From assembly GCA_950097015.1 (NCBI GenBank), contig CATNEN010000001.1, positions 24,428,001-24,492,000 of the forward strand: a stretch of 64,000 bases of DNA. Reading direction: 5' to 3'. Position numbers and translations under genes: made by a program. How positions within the stretch are numbered: position 1 is the stretch's first letter; every line of letters starts with the position of its first letter. Below the pieces are notes generated by a model that saw only the letters and a list, made by a program, of their open reading frames with translations, was not told the DNA's origin and did no database searches. The stretch comes from Macrostomum hystrix (Eukaryota; Animalia; Platyhelminthes). This document shows, piece by piece, positions 23,096-34,990 of this stretch.

Positions 23096-24519
23096 ATGTC
23101 CACTCAGCAACAGCAGCAGCAGCAGCAGCAGCAGACTCCGGCGATTGCTCAAGCGGAGCGACTCAACCGGGCCGAAGCGGAGGCGTTGCGGCAGCGGCTG
23201 AGCTTCTTGGAGTGGCGCAAGCGCGGTCTGGTCAGCCGGCACGATTTCCGGGTCCAGGATCTGCGGAGGAACGCAAAAATGTTTGCTCTAACTTCAGGTA
23301 GGCTAGTTCTGCCGCTTTTCTGCTAGAGATATGTGCCATAGGTGAACTAGACAGGTGTCAATTTATCGATCTCTCATGGCTACCTGAATTTACATATATT
23401 TATGTACATCTGTATGTACATCTGTATGTACATCTGTATGTACATCAGTATGTACATCAGTATCTGCTTCTGCATGTACATCTGTATGCACATCTGCATG
23501 TACATCTGTATGTACATCTGTATGTACATATGTAACATCTCATCCAACTAAGCTAGGTGTGTTTTATCTATTACTTTTTAAATCTGACCAAACAAATAAT
23601 CTAGCAGGCTATTTTAGCAGGTTCAAATCTATTTTGCAGCTACTAATATTAATTGCTTACTGCCTTACTGCCTGCCTTAATCGGGTCAGATGTGCAGCCG
23701 ACAGCACAGGCGCAACCGAAGGCAGCGTACAGCTGTTCAGTCCATGGACTGTTGGGACGCCATATTCACCCTCAATTACCCATTAAATAGCTGATTGCTA
23801 AATTACACAAATTGTTCTAGTGAAGTCGGGAATCGAACCCCCGACCTTTAAGTCGTGAGTTCGAAGCTCTAAGCACTAGGCCAAAACCCCCTAAATGGTT
23901 GATTTTTTTTATTTCTCCAACTTCGTTGAGAAGATTACCGCTCACACACATTGTGTCCCCCTGAAAAGCCGAAGCCTCTCATTCACACCGGTCAGGCAGC
24001 AGCCATTGCTCAGAGCCTTGCCTTGCTCAGCCCGATGGCTACCCCAGGCTGAAGCTGCGGACCGACTACCAGGCTCCCAAGCTGCGAGTCGGCTTTCAAA
24101 CTCCGGAGCCAGTCCAGGAACGGACAGGCGATCAGCATCGACAGACGACCCTGAAATGGGATCTGAAGCTGCAGTCCCATTGTGCCGAAGAGCCGGCACT
24201 TGATGAGCAGCTCTTCTCGCTGGCGAACATGCGAAGATGGCGCGGCCCTGGAGGCACATCTCTCGGTCGCCAGGCCAATCATGTACACCTGCCGAGCCTG
24301 GAGACTATTAATGAGGGAGCCGCCGCGCGCAGCTATCGGCGAAGTCGCCGACGGGTCCGCTTTCTAGCCGCCAGGGCGCGGTGCTGTTCTGGCCGGCTGC
24401 GCCTACTGCAGCTCCAACGACAGCCGGACGGTGGCAGCGGCGATGAAGGCACCGAAGAAGCTGGGGCTGACACTGGGATAGCCGGCTTTGGTCAGGTAAT
24501 GAACAGATTGTCCATTTAG
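23096..24519 (+). CDS. Orphan two-exon gene (~241 aa) with an N-terminal poly-Q tract, function unknown
   Basis: Exon 1 is 23096-23297 (tcag|GTAGG). Exon 2 is 23996-24519 (gtcAG|gc). The phase-1 join gives a continuous frame into ORF 24229-24519. The GC-rich exons flank an AT-rich, repeat-containing intron. Confidence 0.55.
23400..23532. repeat. 12-bp minisatellite (TGTACATCTGTA) in an intron
   Basis: Direct tandem copies. Confidence 0.85.
23821..23890 (-). mobile_element. tRNA-like SINE head or tRNA pseudogene, family B
   Basis: The minus strand reads GGGGTTTTGGCCTAGTGCTTAGAG...GGTCGGGGGTTCGATTCCCGACTTCA, with A- and B-box-like motifs. A diverged copy lies at ~62773-62845. Confidence 0.55.
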
Positions 24520-24976
24520 TTGATAACTAATAGACATGAGCTCCAGGCCAGTCACTTAGGGCTCAGTGCAGGAAAGACCTCAGCAAATAGGTTCCTTAAT
24601 TACCGCTGGCTTCGGGTCGACTTAAAATTTGCAACAGCTGAAACCTAACAATGCTTTTTATAAAGTGAATAAAGAGTTGAATCTGCAAATATATTGGTAT
24701 GACAATAACATTTGCACTTTATAAACAAACGGATGCTGATAAAGTGCATATGTAATCTCTCCTTTTTATTTCTTTTGTACCTATTTTTATTTGATAGTCT
24801 CAACTTACGAGAATAAATAAATTTAACAATCTTATTAACAGTAGAAATACCACAGGGGAGCATTTAAAATATGTTTTCTCTTTTTTCTGTATCCCTCAAA
24901 ATAATTAAACAATCTAAAAAATCCAGAACACGGGATAACATATTCCGCTCTATCCGATGAACAGCAGGCCATCGCG

Positions 24977-26452
24977 CTACTCCATCGCAGCACGCGCCTG
25001 CATAGCGCGTGCTCGCCGCAGTCGAAGCTCTTCGTCCGGCGCCACCAGGCTGTGCCAGCTGCACTTGGACACTGGCTGCTGAGTCCTCGACTGCGTTACG
25101 GCCAGCCAGTGCTCCCTGGCCTGGAGGAATCGCCGGTCTCCAGAGTCGTCAGTCTCATCGTCGGCTGCTAGTTCAACAGAGCCGATGGCGTGCTTCGCCC
25201 GCAGGAAGTCGCTGACGTGCACGAGGCTGATTCGGAGGGCGCACTGACGCAGCCGCTCGGCGGGCATTGCCGGGAAGCTGAACTCCTCGTTGAAGTAGGG
25301 ATTGCGGCTCTTGCTCACCGTGTCGCTGCGCTTGGCGTGAATCCGGCCGTGGGGCTCCATGAGCATCAGGTCGACGTACGTGTTGGGCAGCTTGCGCTTG
25401 TCAGCCTGACCATCCGACTGCCTGAGGTGCACCCCCTTGCACTCGATCACCCGAACCAGCAACGGCGCCTCCTCGCCGGCTGAGCGACGCAGGAGGATGC
25501 AGATTTCGCCAGGGCCGGAGTCTGGTGCCGGCTGACCGCACTTCAGCCGAGTATGGAAGATGCGCCCGTCAGGATCCAGCAGGTGGTCGACCTCGCGACA
25601 GTTGCGCGAGTCCTGCAAAATGTGTCTGCCGCGAGCCACCAAAGCTGCCGGCTCCTTTGAAGCCTCGTCCTGATCAAAAACTTCAAACTTCACAATGGCC
25701 TTCGCGAGGTCCGCCTGGGCTACTTTGAACTTGCACGGAAAGTTGAACTCCGGACTGGTCGTGCCGCTTTCAACTGGCGTTGCGGAGGCCTCTGTATCGC
25801 TCAGAGTGTTCGAGCCAGTCTTGTCCAAAATTCGAACTAGAACGTAGGGATTCAGGGAACCGCAGGCGTTTCTAGGCAAATCGGAACAGCCCTTCACAAT
25901 CACCAGCAGGTGGCCACTTTCTTGGTAATACTTCAGCTGGTACCGGATGACACCGTACGGCGACGGACAGTCTGTGATGGCGGCGTCTTTGCAGACGGAC
26001 CCAGCATCCGAGCAGTCGTCAGTCGTTGCTGAAGATGGTCTGCGACAGTTGATCTCCGGACAGAGCGGAGAGCAGACGATGCACAGGAACAACAGTGTGA
26101 TGATGGACACGCAGGCAGCCGAGATGCCACCGATGAGGAACGACCTCGCGCGCCACCAGTTCCGGGGCTCTCGACCTGTCAAGTTTCTCGCCCGCTCGTC
26201 TATTGTCAATTCGCCGTCGAAGTCGGAAACTGGCCCTGTCTCGCTTCCATTGCGGCGCTTGATAGCGTCGGCGACAATGCTTCTGAGCTGGAGCAGCTGC
26301 TCTCGTTGCTTCCCAGTTGCTGGGTGCCTGTGTGCCGCGGTGGTGCGCCCTGTGACGCCGAGCTTCTCCGATGCACCAGCGGCGGACTGAGGAAGGCTGC
26401 TGATGGCGAGGGCGGCCAACAGCAGCGGCAATGAGAGCAGGCAGGGACGCAT
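24977..26452 (-). CDS. Synaptotagmin-like protein: signal peptide, TM helix, Cys-rich linker, tandem C2A/C2B domains; intronless
   Basis: 491-aa ORF. Hydrophobic N-terminus; TM FLIGGISAACVSIITLLFLCIVC; C2A (LLVIVKGCSDLP..NPYVLV..SPEFN..FEVFDQD); C2B (LLVRVIECKGV..NTYV..NPYFNEEFSF..IGSVEL..HW). Confidence 0.85.
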   Translation of the reverse strand: MRPCLLSLPLLLAALAISSLPQSAAGASEKLGVTGRTTAAHRHPATGKQREQLLQLRSIVADAIKRRNGSETGPVSDFDGELTIDERARNLTGREPRNWWRARSFLIGGISAACVSIITLLFLCIVCSPLCPEINCRRPSSATTDDCSDAGSVCKDAAITDCPSPYGVIRYQLKYYQESGHLLVIVKGCSDLPRNACGSLNPYVLVRILDKTGSNTLSDTEASATPVESGTTSPEFNFPCKFKVAQADLAKAIVKFEVFDQDEASKEPAALVARGRHILQDSRNCREVDHLLDPDGRIFHTRLKCGQPAPDSGPGEICILLRRSAGEEAPLLVRVIECKGVHLRQSDGQADKRKLPNTYVDLMLMEPHGRIHAKRSDTVSKSRNPYFNEEFSFPAMPAERLRQCALRISLVHVSDFLRAKHAIGSVELAADDETDDSGDRRFLQAREHWLAVTQSRTQQPVSKCSWHSLVAPDEELRLRRARAMQARAAME

Positions 26453-27094
26453 GAAGCTGCCAATCTGGATATTGCAGGACTGCTGCTTCGCGTGGCGTCT
26501 TTGCTTTTTTATTCTTTTGTGCCGCCTCGCTGTGAGCTTGTTGCTTCGTATTTATAACTGCAGCCTTAGCCTTAATTCCAGATGCTGTTTCTCTTCACCT
26601 TGACCCTGCAATGCCAGCTAGCATTTAAGGGAGTGGCGCTTAGTTAGTCTGCCAGGGTATGGCTTGAGAGTACGCACAATGGGGTCGAAACCCTCAACTG
26701 AGTTTCTTGTTTAAGCCAGTCGCCTAAAATCTGAAAATATCCATTGTCTATCTCGCTTGTTTAAGCTTTTGTTCCGAGACTCTGAGAAGCTATACTCAGA
26801 GACAGTTTAAGGGCCGAGTCTGTAGCCATTTCCGCTCGGTTGTTTACCAGCTGTGCCATGGCTCTCTGCGTGTACCTGGGCGCACGAGTCTGCTGGGCTC
26901 ATGCTGCTGCCTTTTGCATTTTAAATTATTAACTAAATGGTTTTTCATCACTGAGGTAACTAAAAACAATTGCGCCTCTGCTTTAATACCCCTTTTTTAC
27001 TATCCCAATTGATAAATACTACTGCTAATAAGTAGTAAAACCAAGAAGAGTTAACAAATTATTTTTTATTACAGTTGGCATTGCCAAAGACTCG

Positions 27095-27735
27095 CTGAAG
27101 AAGAGGGGGTAGCGGAGAAGACTCCCTGAAGAAGAGGGGGCAGTAGTGGAGAAGACTCCCTGAAGAAGGGGGGCAGTGGAGAAGACTCCCTGAAGAAGAG
27201 GAGGTAGTGGAGAAGACTCCCTGAAAAAGAGGAGTGGAGAAGACTTCCTGAAGGAGGTAGCGGAGAAGACTCCCTGAAGAAGAGGAGGTAGCGGAGAAGA
27301 CTCCCTGAAGAAGAGGGGGCAGTGGAGAAGACTCCCTGAAGAAGAGGAGGTAGCGGAGAAGACTCCCTGAAGAAGAGGAGGTAGCGGAGAAGACTCCCTG
27401 AAGGACGTAGCGGAGAAGACTCCCTGAAGAAGAGGAGGTAGCGGAGAAGACTCCCTGAAGAAGAGGAGGTAGCGGAGAAGACTCCCTGAAGAAGAGGAGG
27501 TAGTGGAGAAGACTCCCTGAAGAAGAGGAGGTAGCGGAGAAGACTCCCTGAAGAAGAGGAGGTAGCGGAGAAGACTCCCTGAAGAAGAGGAGGTAGCGGA
27601 GAAGACTCCCTGAAGGACGTAGCGGAGAAGACTCCCTGAAGAAGAGGGGGCAGTGGAGAGGACTCCCTGAAGAAGAGGGGGCAGCGGAGAAGACTCCCTG
27701 AAGAAAAGGGGGCAGTGGAGAAGACTCCCTGAAGA
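27095..27735. repeat. 31-bp purine-rich minisatellite (GAAGACTCCCTGAAGAAGAGGAGGTAGCGGA)
   Basis: Direct tandem array. Confidence 0.92.
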
Positions 27736-28249
27736 ACTGGGTGCAGCATTCTTAGAAGCGTTGTGATAAATTACGATCCGTTTGCAAAATGACTGAATAC
27801 GCATAGTACGAGTAGATAGCTATTTAAACATTGAGTCAATTAGCTAACAAGCCCACGAAACAAATTATTTTTTTTCTGGTAATTATATTTATTCTGAAAT
27901 ACGCTTTAATCCACGATGTCAGTTGAAACTGAAGCAGTACATTGTGAACTATGTGAACTATATTGTGTAAATTCAAGCACCAAATAAACAATGCGAAAAA
28001 CGCATATAGAATTGTATAACATGTAAATGTAATATGCAGAATCAATTGATTGCTGATTCTTGCGAAACTATTAAAAGCGAGCATTTATAAAATAATATCT
28101 TGGACTAACCTAAGACTATAGCATTTAGCTTAGCTAAACAAGAATACAAAAATATGTTGAGAAAATATAATCTACGGACAAAGCCAGAACAAAACCAACA
28201 ATTATAAAACACGTGCTAGAACTATCAAGAGATATAGTAGACTGTGTGA

Positions 28250-28960
28250 CCCGTGGGAGGACCAGGAGATGGTCTATGGCCCGTGGAAGGACCAGGAGAT
28301 GGTCTATGGCCCGTGGAAGGACCAGGAGATGGTCTATGGCCCGTGGAAGGACCAGGAGATGGTCTATGGCCCGTGGAAGGACCAGGAGATGGTCTATGGC
28401 CCGTGGAAGGACCAGGAGATGATCTATGGCCCGTGGAAGGACCAGGAGATGGGGTAGTCTATAGTCCATGGGAGGACCAGGAGATGGTCTATGGCCCGTG
28501 GAAGGACCAGGAGATCGGGTAGTCTATGGCCCGTGGAAGGACCAGGAGATGGGGTAGTCTATAGTCCATGGGAGGACCAGGAGTTGGTCTATGGCCCGTG
28601 GAAGGACCAGGAGATCGGGTAGTCTATGGCCCGTGGAAGGACCAGGAGATGGGGTAGTCTATAGTCCATGGGAGGACCAGGAGATGGTCTATGGCCCGTG
28701 GAAGGACCAGGGATGGGGTAGTCTATAGTCCATGGGAGGACCAGGAGATGTTCTATGGCCCGTGGAAGGACCAAGAGATGTTCTATGGCCCGTGGAAGGT
28801 CCAGGAGATGGTCTATGGCCCGTGGAAGGACCAGGAGATGGTCTATGGCCCGTAGAAGGACCAGGAGATGGGGTAGTCTATAGTCCATGGGAGGACTAGG
28901 AGATGGTCTATGGCCCGTGGAAGGACCAGGGTTGGGGTAGTCTATGATCCGTGGGAGGAC
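28250..28960. repeat. 30/35-bp minisatellite (CCGTGGAAGGACCAGGAGATGGTCTATGGC)
   Basis: Direct tandem array. Confidence 0.92.
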
Positions 28961-29040
28961 TAGAAGATTAGGTTGTCAGCGGTCTATGGGACAACTTGGA
29001 GATGGATGGCCTGTGGGAGAATAGATAGGGCGTCTGCGAC

Positions 29041-29853
29041 TTACCCATTGGAGGACAAAAGTGGGGATTGAAGGGGTTGTGTGCCTATTGCAGCTACTTG
29101 GCTAGCAGTTGCTGCTGCAGTCTCACAGTTTGAGGCGAGCCTTACAAGCGACATCAGATCAAGTAGCTGGGACATTGAGGTCAGATGAGTAGATCTGGGA
29201 AATATGTGATCGCAGTACAACGCCAGGGATTTCAGATTGTCGTGGAAGACGGTCACCCGTAGCTGCCTGCTGACAACGATGCTGCTCTGTACAGCGGGAG
29301 ACGGCCCAGCCGAGATCAGCATGATGCTGAATGTATCGCCAGTGAGCAGCGTCACGAATCCGGGAGGCTTCAACTGGCAGGCCTCGAGTTTGTGCGGCAA
29401 TTGGTCAAACGATTGAATGGCATCGTCAAGGCTCTCCTCCTGCTGGTGCTGAGCATTCTCAGCCTCGTGACACCGCAGAACCTTGCCGGATCTGTGCTTA
29501 CTGGCTCTAGACAGCATGCTGGAGATGTCAAATATCGCAGGAACCGCATCCGGCTTCAGGCGCCGTTGGGACAGACTAGGGTTGCCGATGGCACCTTTGA
29601 CGCTCGCCATTTTCTTCCTTCTAGACATGTTGCTGTCCTGACTCTTAGTCACAAAGTCAGACTCTGAGAAGTGCAGCGAACAGACGCGAGTGTGCTTAGT
29701 TGGCTTAAATGTTGACTCTTTTAACAAATTTCTTAGCCATTTATTTAGGATATCCTTCTGCTTCGGAAATCTGTGAAACGACACGCCCTTAAATGATTGC
29801 TCGCTAGAGTCGTAGCCGGACCTACAGCCGTAAACTGTGCACTTGTAGGGCAT
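29041..29853 (-). CDS. THAP-domain protein, probably derived from a P-element transposase N-terminus; may continue by splicing
   Basis: MPYKCTVYGC...SFHRFP...KW...RVCSLHF...LKPDAVPAIF is a C2CH THAP signature with the AVP box. The stop TAA lies inside a GTAAGT donor-like motif. Confidence 0.85.
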   Translation of the reverse strand: MPYKCTVYGCRSGYDSSEQSFKGVSFHRFPKQKDILNKWLRNLLKESTFKPTKHTRVCSLHFSESDFVTKSQDSNMSRRKKMASVKGAIGNPSLSQRRLKPDAVPAIFDISSMLSRASKHRSGKVLRCHEAENAQHQQEESLDDAIQSFDQLPHKLEACQLKPPGFVTLLTGDTFSIMLISAGPSPAVQSSIVVSRQLRVTVFHDNLKSLALYCDHIFPRSTHLTSMSQLLDLMSLVRLASNCETAAATASQVAAIGTQPLQSPLLSSNG

Positions 29854-30041
29854 GAGGTGAAGTTTAATATTGAAAAAAAGACTTAGGATCCTAAATGCAA
29901 GCGGAACCTTGATTTCTTTCAATCGGACTTTGAACTCAGTCCAGCTTTTTGTAATAGGAAGAAAATGTGACACTTCTGTAGCTCCAAAATGTGACACTTT
30001 TATGCGAACTCTTGTAGGGCCATAGACCCCATGCGTTTATT

Positions 30042-30127
30042 CATCTAACGGCCGCCGGCTAGCCGACACTTCCACTAGTCAAAAAATACTCGGCTAGCCG
30101 GGTGATTCCACGTGGACCCACGGGGGG
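30042..30127 (+). repeat. Left terminal inverted repeat
   Basis: CATCTAACGGCCGCCGGCTAGCCGACACTTCCACTAGTCAAAAAATACTCGGCTAGCCGGGTGATTCCACGTGGACCCACGGGGGG. Confidence 0.9.
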
Positions 30128-30207
30128 CTAGCCTTACTGGCGGTGGCCTTGGGGGAATTGCATTCCTAACCCACGTGCATGTAGTAAGAAACTATATAAA
30201 TAACTTA

Positions 30208-31139
30208 TTTCCAAACATATAGGGAAGCCATTTTTACGGCGTAGTGTAGAATAACTTCGACTAAGTAGCTCAATGAGATACATGAGATACATACATGACA
30301 AGGCCATTTTTCAAAAGAAACCAAACTAGAATCCTTGTCCCTAGAACTCAAAGAACTCGATATGGAAAACTCTTGCATAATGAATTATAGCTTTTTGGCT
30401 AGAACGGCAAGAACTATATACAACACAGGCATATATGCATTTTAGAAATGAAATAGATGACAGATTAATAGAAAGGAGGAATGAAAAGAAAAAATGACAA
30501 AAAGTGAAAAAGTTTTATTTCGTCAATTACAAAAATCAGTAGTGGTTGGTAATCGAGCTAGGGACCTTCCGCATGCGAGGATTCAGCGCTACTCAACAAT
30601 CTACACAGACTTAATACAAGTGAAGGGAAAAAATATTATTATACTGGCTGGCCATAACACTAGCCATTTCTAGACATTTCCAAACATATAGGGAAGCCAT
30701 TTTTACGGCGTAGTGTAGAATAACTTCGACTAAGTAGCTCAATGAGATACATGAGATACATACATGACAAAGCCATTTTTCAAAAGAAACCAAACTTGTC
30801 CCTAGAACTCGAAAGAACTCGAAGCAGTGGCGAACGAATTTCGTATATGGAAAACTCTTGCATAATGAATTATATCTTTTTGGCTAGAACGGCAAGAACT
30901 ATAATACAACACAGGCATATTATATGCATTTTAGAAATGAAATAGATGACAGATCAATAGAAAGGAGGAATGAAAAGAATAAATGACAAAAAGTGATAAG
31001 TTTTATTTCGTCAATTACAAAAATCAAATGTAATTGGTAATCGAGCTAGGGACCTTCCGCATGCGAGGATTCAGCGCTACTCAACAATCTACACGGACTT
31101 GATAGAAGTGAAGGGAAAAAATGTTATTATACTGGCTGG
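30208..31139. repeat. Subterminal tandem duplication, 2 x ~450-470 bp
   Basis: The block TTCCAAACATATAGGGAAGCC...TATACTGGCTGG starts at ~30209 and again at ~30678. A short inverted echo (CCTATATGTTTGGAAA) lies near the right end at ~52150. Confidence 0.85.
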
Positions 31140-33639
31140 TAGAAAGCCCAACTTAAAAGTTCTTTATCGTTCTTAATCGTTCTTTCATTCTTATTTATTC
31201 TATACCGTAACAGTTGAACCTAAAATCTGTAATTTAGAAGATACAAGAGAGAATAAGTATACAATTATAAATATAGGAATGAATAAGTAGAAGCTAGGTA
31301 TGTAAGTATGCATAATTTAAAAATTTGGCGCGTTCCGATGCACAAGATTGAGATTCTAAATAGAGGAAGAGGGACTGTGTTTCGTACATTAATAAGGTAA
31401 TAGTTTGGTATCTTATCTCCCTCCCGAGTTCCGGCCAACAAATGAATTAGTAATGAATTTCGATTGCTAGGGACCATTGAAAGGTTACACGATCGATCAT
31501 AACCAATTGTGAATTATTTGATATTTTTTGTTTTCTGCAATCTAAATTCGAAATTTATTCATATACATTCTGTTTTTATTAAACGTTGCTTCATTTTGTG
31601 TTCATATGTGTTTATTTTGGTACGTCCCAATTCCTTCACGCAAACTAAACTCCCGGACGATAAAATGTTACGTAAACACGTTAAAACAAAACAAACGCTA
31701 AAAACAAAACGTAGAATTAGTAAAAAATCTCATTTTATTGCACAAAAATTAAAATTGCTTTAACAGTTTTTAGTTACAGACAAGCGCTTTATTGACTTGA
31801 AATTTAAATTTTAAATTACAGTTTTTGCGGTTGTTTTATTCCTATCCAATATTCTATCCTATTCTATTGTAGTATAACTGGGTTTGAAGGCCGCGAATTT
31901 AAACAGTTTTACTACAGCAATTTAACGTCTTCAGTTTACACGCCGCGCCGCGCCTTACACTTACAATCGATTGCAGCGCGCTTTTCAAACTGGTGCGATT
32001 ATATTTTAATTAGACAACGATTAAAATAATTTATAATTTATATTTGCATTATTTTCAAGGGTCATAAAAGTAGAAATTAATAACATAATAATGTTATTTG
32101 CAATCGCTATAGTTACTGTATAGCAACAATTAAATATTTAGCGCAATTTTAAAAGAACATTTCCAGCCGCACTACACTATGCTATCCTAAACCGATTAGG
32201 TTACTTGTGTTAATTATCTACTGATACTACTACTAGATAATAGATCGATTCTTAAATCTTTAATTTATTTTGAAGTCTCAGTCAAAAGCATTGCGATTTT
32301 TTTGTCGCAGCGCATTTTTATTGCAAAATAGTAAATATAAAGTTTCTAATTAATTTAGATTAAATCGTCAAATTAGCTATTTGTTAAGGTAAGTATGACT
32401 GTCAGTGCTTTCTATTCACTCATAGGCCCCTATTTTCCTTAAATATGTTGCCCGTAGTTGTATAGACAACTAATATAATTAATAATTTTTTATTAACCAT
32501 GCTTCCAGGGCCTAGCTGTGTCCCATAGGAAGTGCTTATTCACATGGTCCTATGCTGATAATTTCAATTTTATCCACGTGGTCCTATGCTGATAATTTCA
32601 ATTTTATCCACGTGGTCCTATGCTTATAATTTCAATTTTATCCATATGAATCCATGCTCAAAATTTATGCTTATCTGCTGGTGTTTTGTTTTGCAATCAG
32701 TCCTAAAAACAGACTGGCTGGCTGCCTATATCGATCACCCTCAAACTGCAGCCAATTAAACCTGCCACAGAAAATGAATTCCACTGAGCAATGTAGAGAG
32801 CCTGGCACTTGCTGTCACAGCTAAGACCTGTGATTTCCTTTGGCAAATCAAAATCCCTCTGGGCTTTGAGACAGACAGACCCATCAATTGAAAAGGCAAG
32901 AATCTCATAACTTTAGTCTCCATGTAAAACGGAACAAAAAGGGAGCCTCACAGTGATATCACCTGCACAATTCTCTCTCACTAGCTGGCCTGAAGAATCA
33001 GCAACAAAAGTTTTAGTGTTGGAGCACAATGCAATAAATCTAGGATTGCCTAGACTTTCCAGCTCACCAGACTGGAATAAACATAATCCAACAATCATAT
33101 GTACAAAAACATTCAAGACACAATAGTTTTGATGACTATAGTTGGTTGTAGTGTCTCAAACAAACTTTTCTTGTACAACACTTAAGCATGCAGATAACGC
33201 CTATGCCATATCTATCCATAGTGTGGATCATGTAGTGCAGACAAGAATTTTCCTGTGTGTATTTTCAGAAGTGGCATGCAGTGGTGTACAAATTGGTCAG
33301 TGGCCTGCATAATGCACACTACATAATTACACTGGCATGGCAATGTTGCCAATGCATTTATGCATGCAGCAAAAAACATATTCAACTTTTTTTTAAATCT
33401 ATTGTATATTAACAGTATAAATAGAGAAACAAAAATTAACATTTGTCTCCACTTGATTTGTGTTGCCTATGGATGAGTTAGCTCTATGTAGCAATGTATG
33501 CAGTGCGCTGCACGTGGCCTACATCTTGAATGTGCATTGACTTCCAAATTGCAGGTACTGCTTGACTGTTTTCACCTGCCTGTGACCAGTCACTTTACAG
33601 ATATTGGCATTTGAGTAACCAACATCAGAAAACTCCTTG

Positions 33640-33786
33640 CAGAGCTATTGCTGCGGCTGCCTCATGGAATGGTTGGAGCAGCAAATCAAACATGTCGACA
33701 CCGGTGACGCCCATCTGAAGTGGTCCCAGACCCTCTGACTTGGCCACCAGCTGGAACACGTCCATGGCGGCAAGAAGGTCGCTGCT
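33640..33786 (-). pseudogene. Second partial copy of the SAM-methyltransferase exon
   Basis: Near-identical to 43172-43322 (SDLLAAMDV...GVTGVDMFD) but with CAA where the other copy has TAG. Confidence 0.6.
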
Positions 33787-34029
33787 GTTAGCGGCCTGAT
33801 TATGCGAACATCCGATGGGATTCCAATTGCTCTAACAGACATTTGACATTGTTCTAAAATAAGAAAATGCAATGAAATTTACAGAATTTTATCATGTAGT
33901 CTAAAAATTTACTGCAACATGCTAACAAAATATGTGTTAAATTATATTCACCTCATTGAAATTGGAAGGAAATCCATGGAAGTAAAGATGAAAATTTTCA
34001 AAGTCGTTTCTGAAATATTTGTTTTTATA

Positions 34030-34990
34030 CGTAGGGTGTCCCAGAAATAGCGGGAAAAATCGATGCACAGGCAAACTGGTGCAACATAGTTTATTGAAAC
34101 TTACGTCACTGATATATAAACATTCAGCAGTTCTAATGCTTTTTAAATCAAGTAAATATGTCAACTCATTAAAAAGTTTTAGCTAAAATTAGAACAAGGG
34201 GTAAGGGGTAGAGTTACACCAAGTCAAGGCCAGCGGAATCGGTCACGCAGCATCGCCATTGCTGACCTACTTCTTTGACTTAGCGGCAGGGAGCCTCCAT
34301 GACAGACGCAGCGAGGAGGCGGCCGGTGCCGCCCATATCGCTAACCCCTGGCAGCATCGCCATCGCCGTCGACTGACGACTTTTCGACGAAGTCCCCCTT
34401 AGCTCGCAGCACTTAGTCCATCGCGTGAGAAGCGCATTGATGGCATCTGCATAAGCTCGACGCGGAATTTCGTGCAGCAGAACCCGCCTGAATTCACCTT
34501 CCAAGTTGTCGCGATGGTCAAAGATGCGCCCCCGCAGGTGCTTCTTTAACTGAGGGAAAATTGCGTAGTCGCAAGGAGCTAAGTCTGGTGAGTAGGGTGG
34601 GTGCGCAAGCAGATCAAAATTGAGTTCGTTGATACGATCAAGCGTTTTCTTGGCCGTGTGAGGTCGAGCGTTGTCGTGCAACAGGAGGTGAGGCTTCATC
34701 GCAGCCCTGCGCTTGTTGCGGATGTCTGATTTCATCTTAGTCAGCGTCTCCGTGTACCGGTCCGAGTTAACCGTGCTGTTAGGCCCAAGGAAGTCGATGG
34801 TCAGGGTTAGACCCAGAAGGGTCAGGTCAACCTTCTTGATCGAAGAAAAGGGTCAGCATGATCTTCTTGCAGTGCTGGTCTCGCTTCGCTTTCACAGGTG
34901 GATCTGAACCCTTCAACGCCCACACCTTGCTTTCTGCTTGGTCTCAGGGTCAAAGTGCGGTATCCAGGTTTCATTGCCGGTCACCAGATA
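34030..34990 (-). mobile_element. 5'-truncated, frameshifted mariner (DD34D) transposon nested in the large element
   Basis: LLLHDNARPH...HPPYSPDLAPCDY..F..LK..LRG in ORF 34280-34735. VTGNETWI-like motif near 34960-34990. TIR-like TAGGGTGTCCCAG at ~34032. Confidence 0.85.

Noticed and set aside
23821-23890. Functional tRNA gene (possible CAC anticodon)
   Set aside because: Stem pairing is imperfect, it is intronic, and a diverged sister copy lies at 62773. A SINE head or pseudogene fits better; tRNAscan-SE would decide.
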